Assembly (NCBI RefSeq): GCF_009914755.1
Contig: NC_060929.1
DNA: 64,000 nucleotides
Reading direction: 5' to 3' (one strand)
Source of the DNA: the human T2T-CHM13v2.0 reference genome, Homo sapiens
Translations under genes and position numbers: made by a program
The notes under the pieces: generated by a model
What the model saw: the letters and a program-made list of their open reading frames with translations, nothing else
Database searches by the model: none
What the model was told of the DNA's origin: nothing
In this document: positions 57,745 through 64,000 of the stretch, one piece after another
Layout of the letters: each line of letters opens with the position of its first letter
Numbering within the stretch: the stretch's first letter is position 1

Positions 57745-57925
57745 CTCTGTGAGTCTCTGTGTGGCTCTGGAAAGGCTAGTTACCCTCCCAACACTTCAGC
57801 TCCTTCATCTATAAAATGGGGATAATAGCAGTAGCTAGTTTGTAGGGTTTTGTGAGAATTACATAATATCCATATAATGTTCTTAGCAAAGTACTTGCTA
57901 CATGCTAAGTGATAATTAACTATTA
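57745..57925 (+). mobile_element. MIR
   Basis: cttcatctataaaatggggataatagcagta core. Confidence 0.75.
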
Positions 57926-58264
57926 TACATCGAGGACATTGAGGTGAAAACATTTTGCAAAATTAAGCACATCACACAAATGTAAATCATCGTTATTAAG
58001 CACTTACTATTCCAGTTGATTTGACATTTTCTCATTTTTAAAAATAAATTAAACATCTGGACCAAAAACATATATAATTATAACAACAAAAGGAGAGAAA
58101 ATATTTAAATCCACAGATGGGGCATGTTACTTATATTGGCCTAAAAATAACCCAACACTGTGATATAACTCAGATCCAATTTCCATAAATATTCATGGGA
58201 TAGTTAAATGATAAAGTACAGTACTCAAAACTTCTTTTGTGCATATATGTCTGAATGTGAACAT

Positions 58265-58584
<320 letters not shown>

Positions 58585-58788
58585 TAAAATTAAACAGTTT
58601 TCCTTCATCTCCTGGGCAGAAGATGAAAGATCTAATTAATTATTCACCCCTGGCAAAGAAACTCATTATTCAGCCAAGGCTATAATGCAAATCCTGTCAA
58701 GAAGCTTTGTTTTGGCTAAAAAAAAAAAAGATAATTTAGTACAAAGTGAATGATCCAGCTCTTTAAAAAATCTTTCATTCCAGAATTA

Positions 58789-59309
<521 letters not shown>

Positions 59310-59359
59310 TCATCTCCTCTGTGTGGAAACTACTGTGAATGCAGTGTTCACTACCCATT

Positions 59360-60247
<888 letters not shown>

Positions 60248-60534
60248 TTATTCTAGTAATGTATTTTAGTGAAATAGAAATTAATTTCTGGAATTTTGAT
60301 TCCTAGTCCTAAATTTATCTTCTGGAATCACACAGAACAAGGCTACTTCCTCTTCCTGATGACAGTCCTTCAACTCTTTGTAGATAGACATCAAATCTCA
60401 CTCAGTCTGCTGTCTTCCCAGTTAAACATATTGCATACCAGGTGGTAGACTTTTTGGACTGAAAATAAATCAACGCATCCTATTAGGTAGATACCAGAGT
60501 TGATTTTTTAAATTAATTTTTTATTTTTATCTGT

Positions 60535-60836
<302 letters not shown>

Positions 60837-61893
60837 GAAATGAAATATAATGTTAGTTTATATTCTTTTTATCTTCATCTTGAAGAAAATAATAATAATA
60901 TAATAATAAATTTGATAATGAAAAGCATTGGCAAGGCTATTGGGGAAATAAACATTATCAAGGAGAATCAGTTCTGGTAATGCTGATTTGGTAATTGGGA
61001 CCAACCATCCTACATTAGACACACAAAAGATGAATAAAATATATTAAAATATTTTTAAAATATCAAAAAGTTAATAAAATTCAAAATGAATAGAACTCAA
61101 ACTAAAGAATATGCTAATCCACATGAGCTCAAAGTTGCTTTGGCCTTGGAATCACTTTCCAATCTGGAATGAATATCAGCAAAATTGAGCTGAGGTTCTG
61201 GCTGCCTCATAGAGCTAGAGGAAAGTGTCCAGGCAGAGGACTCACCAAAGTTAGGGACCTTGATAAACCACTACCCATTATAAGCAAGGACAAAAAAGGC
61301 CATACCCTTAGAGTGAGTGTGAAGCAGTAGTAACTATTCTCAGATGGGCTTGTAACCTGGTTCCAGGTCATCTAAGTAGTTCATGGAACCTAAAGCCTTG
61401 AACTTGAATTAAGATGTGACACAAAAAGATGCCTGATAGAAGCAAATGCAAGTTTCTGCAGAAGATCACATTATTATCAGCCTCAAATTATTCCTACGAA
61501 AAATTTTCAATTGCAATAAGCTCCATACAATCAAAGATAACCAGGCACACAAGAAATTAAGACACATGAGTAAGAGTCAGCAGAGACCATGACCTCAAAT
61601 GGTGAAATTACGAGACAAACATCCTTAGTATCTTCAAATAAATAAAGCTAACTTTGGGGTCTAAGTCCATTTAGTGGAGGAAAATATTTTTTGTAGGAGT
61701 AATTTGAGGCTTGGAATAATGTGTTCTTCTTCAGAAAACATGCATTTGCTTCTGTCAGACATCTACTTGTGCCACATCTTAATCCAAGTTCAAGGTTTTA
61801 AGTTTCATGAATTACTTATATGACCTAAAACCAGGTTACAAATGGAACAAGTGGATTTCTAACGAATGCAAATGAATGCGGTTGGACTCCTAC

Positions 61894-61896
<3 letters not shown>

Positions 61897-61937
<41 letters not shown>
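61897..61937. repeat. (TG)n microsatellite adjacent to an Alu tail
   Basis: About 20 TG units. Confidence 0.97.
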
Positions 61938-62242
<305 letters not shown>

Positions 62243-62254
62243 AATATATTTTTA

Positions 62255-63790
<1,536 letters not shown>

Positions 63791-64000
63791 ATTTTAAAAC
63801 GTTGGCAGGGAACTGGGAACTATAAAAATGATGTAGCAGATTTTAAAAACAACCAAATACAAATTTTAGATCTAATTTAAAAACCTAAAATCAAAAACCT
63901 AACCAGTTAAACAACATATTAGATTCCGTTTAAAAGATAATTTTGACCTTAAAGATAGAAGACACTGTTCATAATGCTCCTGAGAGAGACACAATATGGA

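Overview
Primate, almost certainly human, genomic DNA that is gene-poor and repeat-rich. It holds about 32 Alu/FLAM copies, old L1/L2/MIR, MaLR and ERV1 solo LTRs, and DNA-transposon fossils. The one real coding feature is an intronless, intact 205-codon retrocopy of protein phosphatase inhibitor-2 (13580-14197, +), which I recognise as PPP1R2B/PPP1R2P3 (from memory 5q33.3, between SGCD and TIMD4; not verifiable here). It is a full-length ~3.4 kb cDNA with a CpG-rich 5' leader, a long 3' UTR, AATAAA, a short poly(A) and a 15-bp target-site duplication. It inserted between the ORF1 and ORF2 remnants of an older L1. The protein keeps the PP1-docking motifs but has lost the Thr73 and Ser87 phospho-switch residues; this is already published. 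Structures not explained by repeat annotation include an 82-nt pri-miRNA-like hairpin at 42039-42120, a 36-bp inverted duplication at an Alu breakpoint (26350-26587), a 5'-inverted L1PA, a GGAA microsatellite 4 kb upstream of the retrogene, and a few candidate regulatory motif clusters. I found no convincing new multi-gene system. Repeat subfamily names are by eye, from recalled consensus sequences, and boundaries are approximate.
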